19,710 nucleotides of DNA from Paraspadella gotoi. Lineage: Eukaryota > Animalia > Chaetognatha. The stretch's first letter is position 1; every line of letters begins with the position of its first letter. Below are positions 19,107 to 19,710 of this stretch, in pieces. Where the stretch lies: positions 1-19,710 of the forward strand of contig JBJCIZ010001353.1 in assembly GCA_051294375.1 (NCBI GenBank). The letters run 5' to 3'. The position numbers were made by a program, and so were the translations under genes. The notes under the pieces are model-generated. The model worked only from the letters and a program-made list of their open reading frames with translations, was not told where the DNA came from and did not search any database.

Positions 19107-19265
19107 CTTTATCTCCTGCTTCACAGCCAGGATCGTCTTGTTCACCAAAATTATCCATCTTCCTTCTTCAGCTTCGCCAGGAATCGAAATCAAAACGCTT
19201 CGTAATTTTCGATCGACGAAAGCGAATTTCGATCGGGAATCGAACGCGGGACCTTTGGAGGGACT
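19107..19265 (-). CDS. CLCA: CLCA-like exon
   Basis: Open 53-codon exon; FVDRKLRSVLISIPGEAEEGRW resembles VVDKNTKMAYLQIPGIAKVGTW. Confidence 0.85.
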
Positions 19266-19293
19266 CTGAGGAGGGGTTGGAAGATTAAATCGA

Positions 19294-19455
19294 CCAATCA
19301 ATCAATCGTTTAAATAATCATTTAATCGAGCAATTGGTCAATAAATTAATAAGGTAATCATTTAAACAATCAATCAATCATTCGGACGATTATTCAAACA
19401 ATCAATCAATCATTTAATCAGTCAATCTTAACCAATCAATCAATGAATCCAATCA
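19294..19455. repeat. Degenerate (CAAT)n microsatellite, intronic
   Basis: Repeated caatcaat units. Confidence 0.85.
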
Positions 19456-19469
19456 CTCTGTTTCCTCAC

Positions 19470-19602
19470 CTTGACCTCAACATTAAACCCGTATCCAAAG
19501 TCGGACGAATCGAATTCTACGACGAACTTCGTTTGTCGACCGACAGAGGGATCGATGTCCACGTGACCGGAATACGTTGATCCACTCATCAAGTGACCCA
19601 AA
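19470..19602 (-). CDS. CLCA: CLCA-like (calcium-activated chloride channel regulator) exon; gene starts beyond the window
   Basis: YSGHVDIDPSVGRQTKFVVEF resembles CLCA GTVIVDSTVGKDTLFLITW; AG/GT boundaries. Confidence 0.8.
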
Positions 19603-19710
19603 CTGTAAAAAAGAATTCGAGATGAAATGGATTAGGTTTCGTTCCATTATGATGACTGACGCGCTTCGCCCTACATTGCGCTCGAGGCTTAGTTATCGTG
19701 CGTGCGAAAG

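Noticed and set aside
158-19602. Calling the frameshifted genes pseudogenes
   Set aside because: Single-base indels affect all genes and both LTRs alike while splice sites are mostly intact, which points to sequencing error.

Overview
Eukaryotic (invertebrate animal-like), AT-rich, intron-containing DNA with a high indel error rate; it reads like an unpolished long read, so exons are frameshifted and most supplied ORFs are spurious. Four spliced genes lie on the minus strand: the 5' part of a procollagen galactosyltransferase (COLGALT, GT25; ~3057 to beyond position 1), a divergent innexin/pannexin-like gene (~3900-6360), an MFS/SLC16-like transporter (~11750-13380) and the 3' half of a CLCA-like gene (~14500 to beyond 19602). 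The most notable element is a 648-bp non-coding mini LTR retrotransposon (TRIM, 610-1257, + strand) in a COLGALT intron. It has a GTAT target-site duplication, a tRNA-Trp-type PBS and a PPT. Each LTR carries a tRNA-Gly-like Pol III head followed directly by a circularly permuted (type-P5), nearly P1-less twister ribozyme, making it a candidate 'twister retrozyme'. The window also holds microsatellite-filled introns, a palindromic MITE-like insert and a low-quality purine-rich stretch. All family assignments come from hand translation and recalled family motifs, not from database searches.
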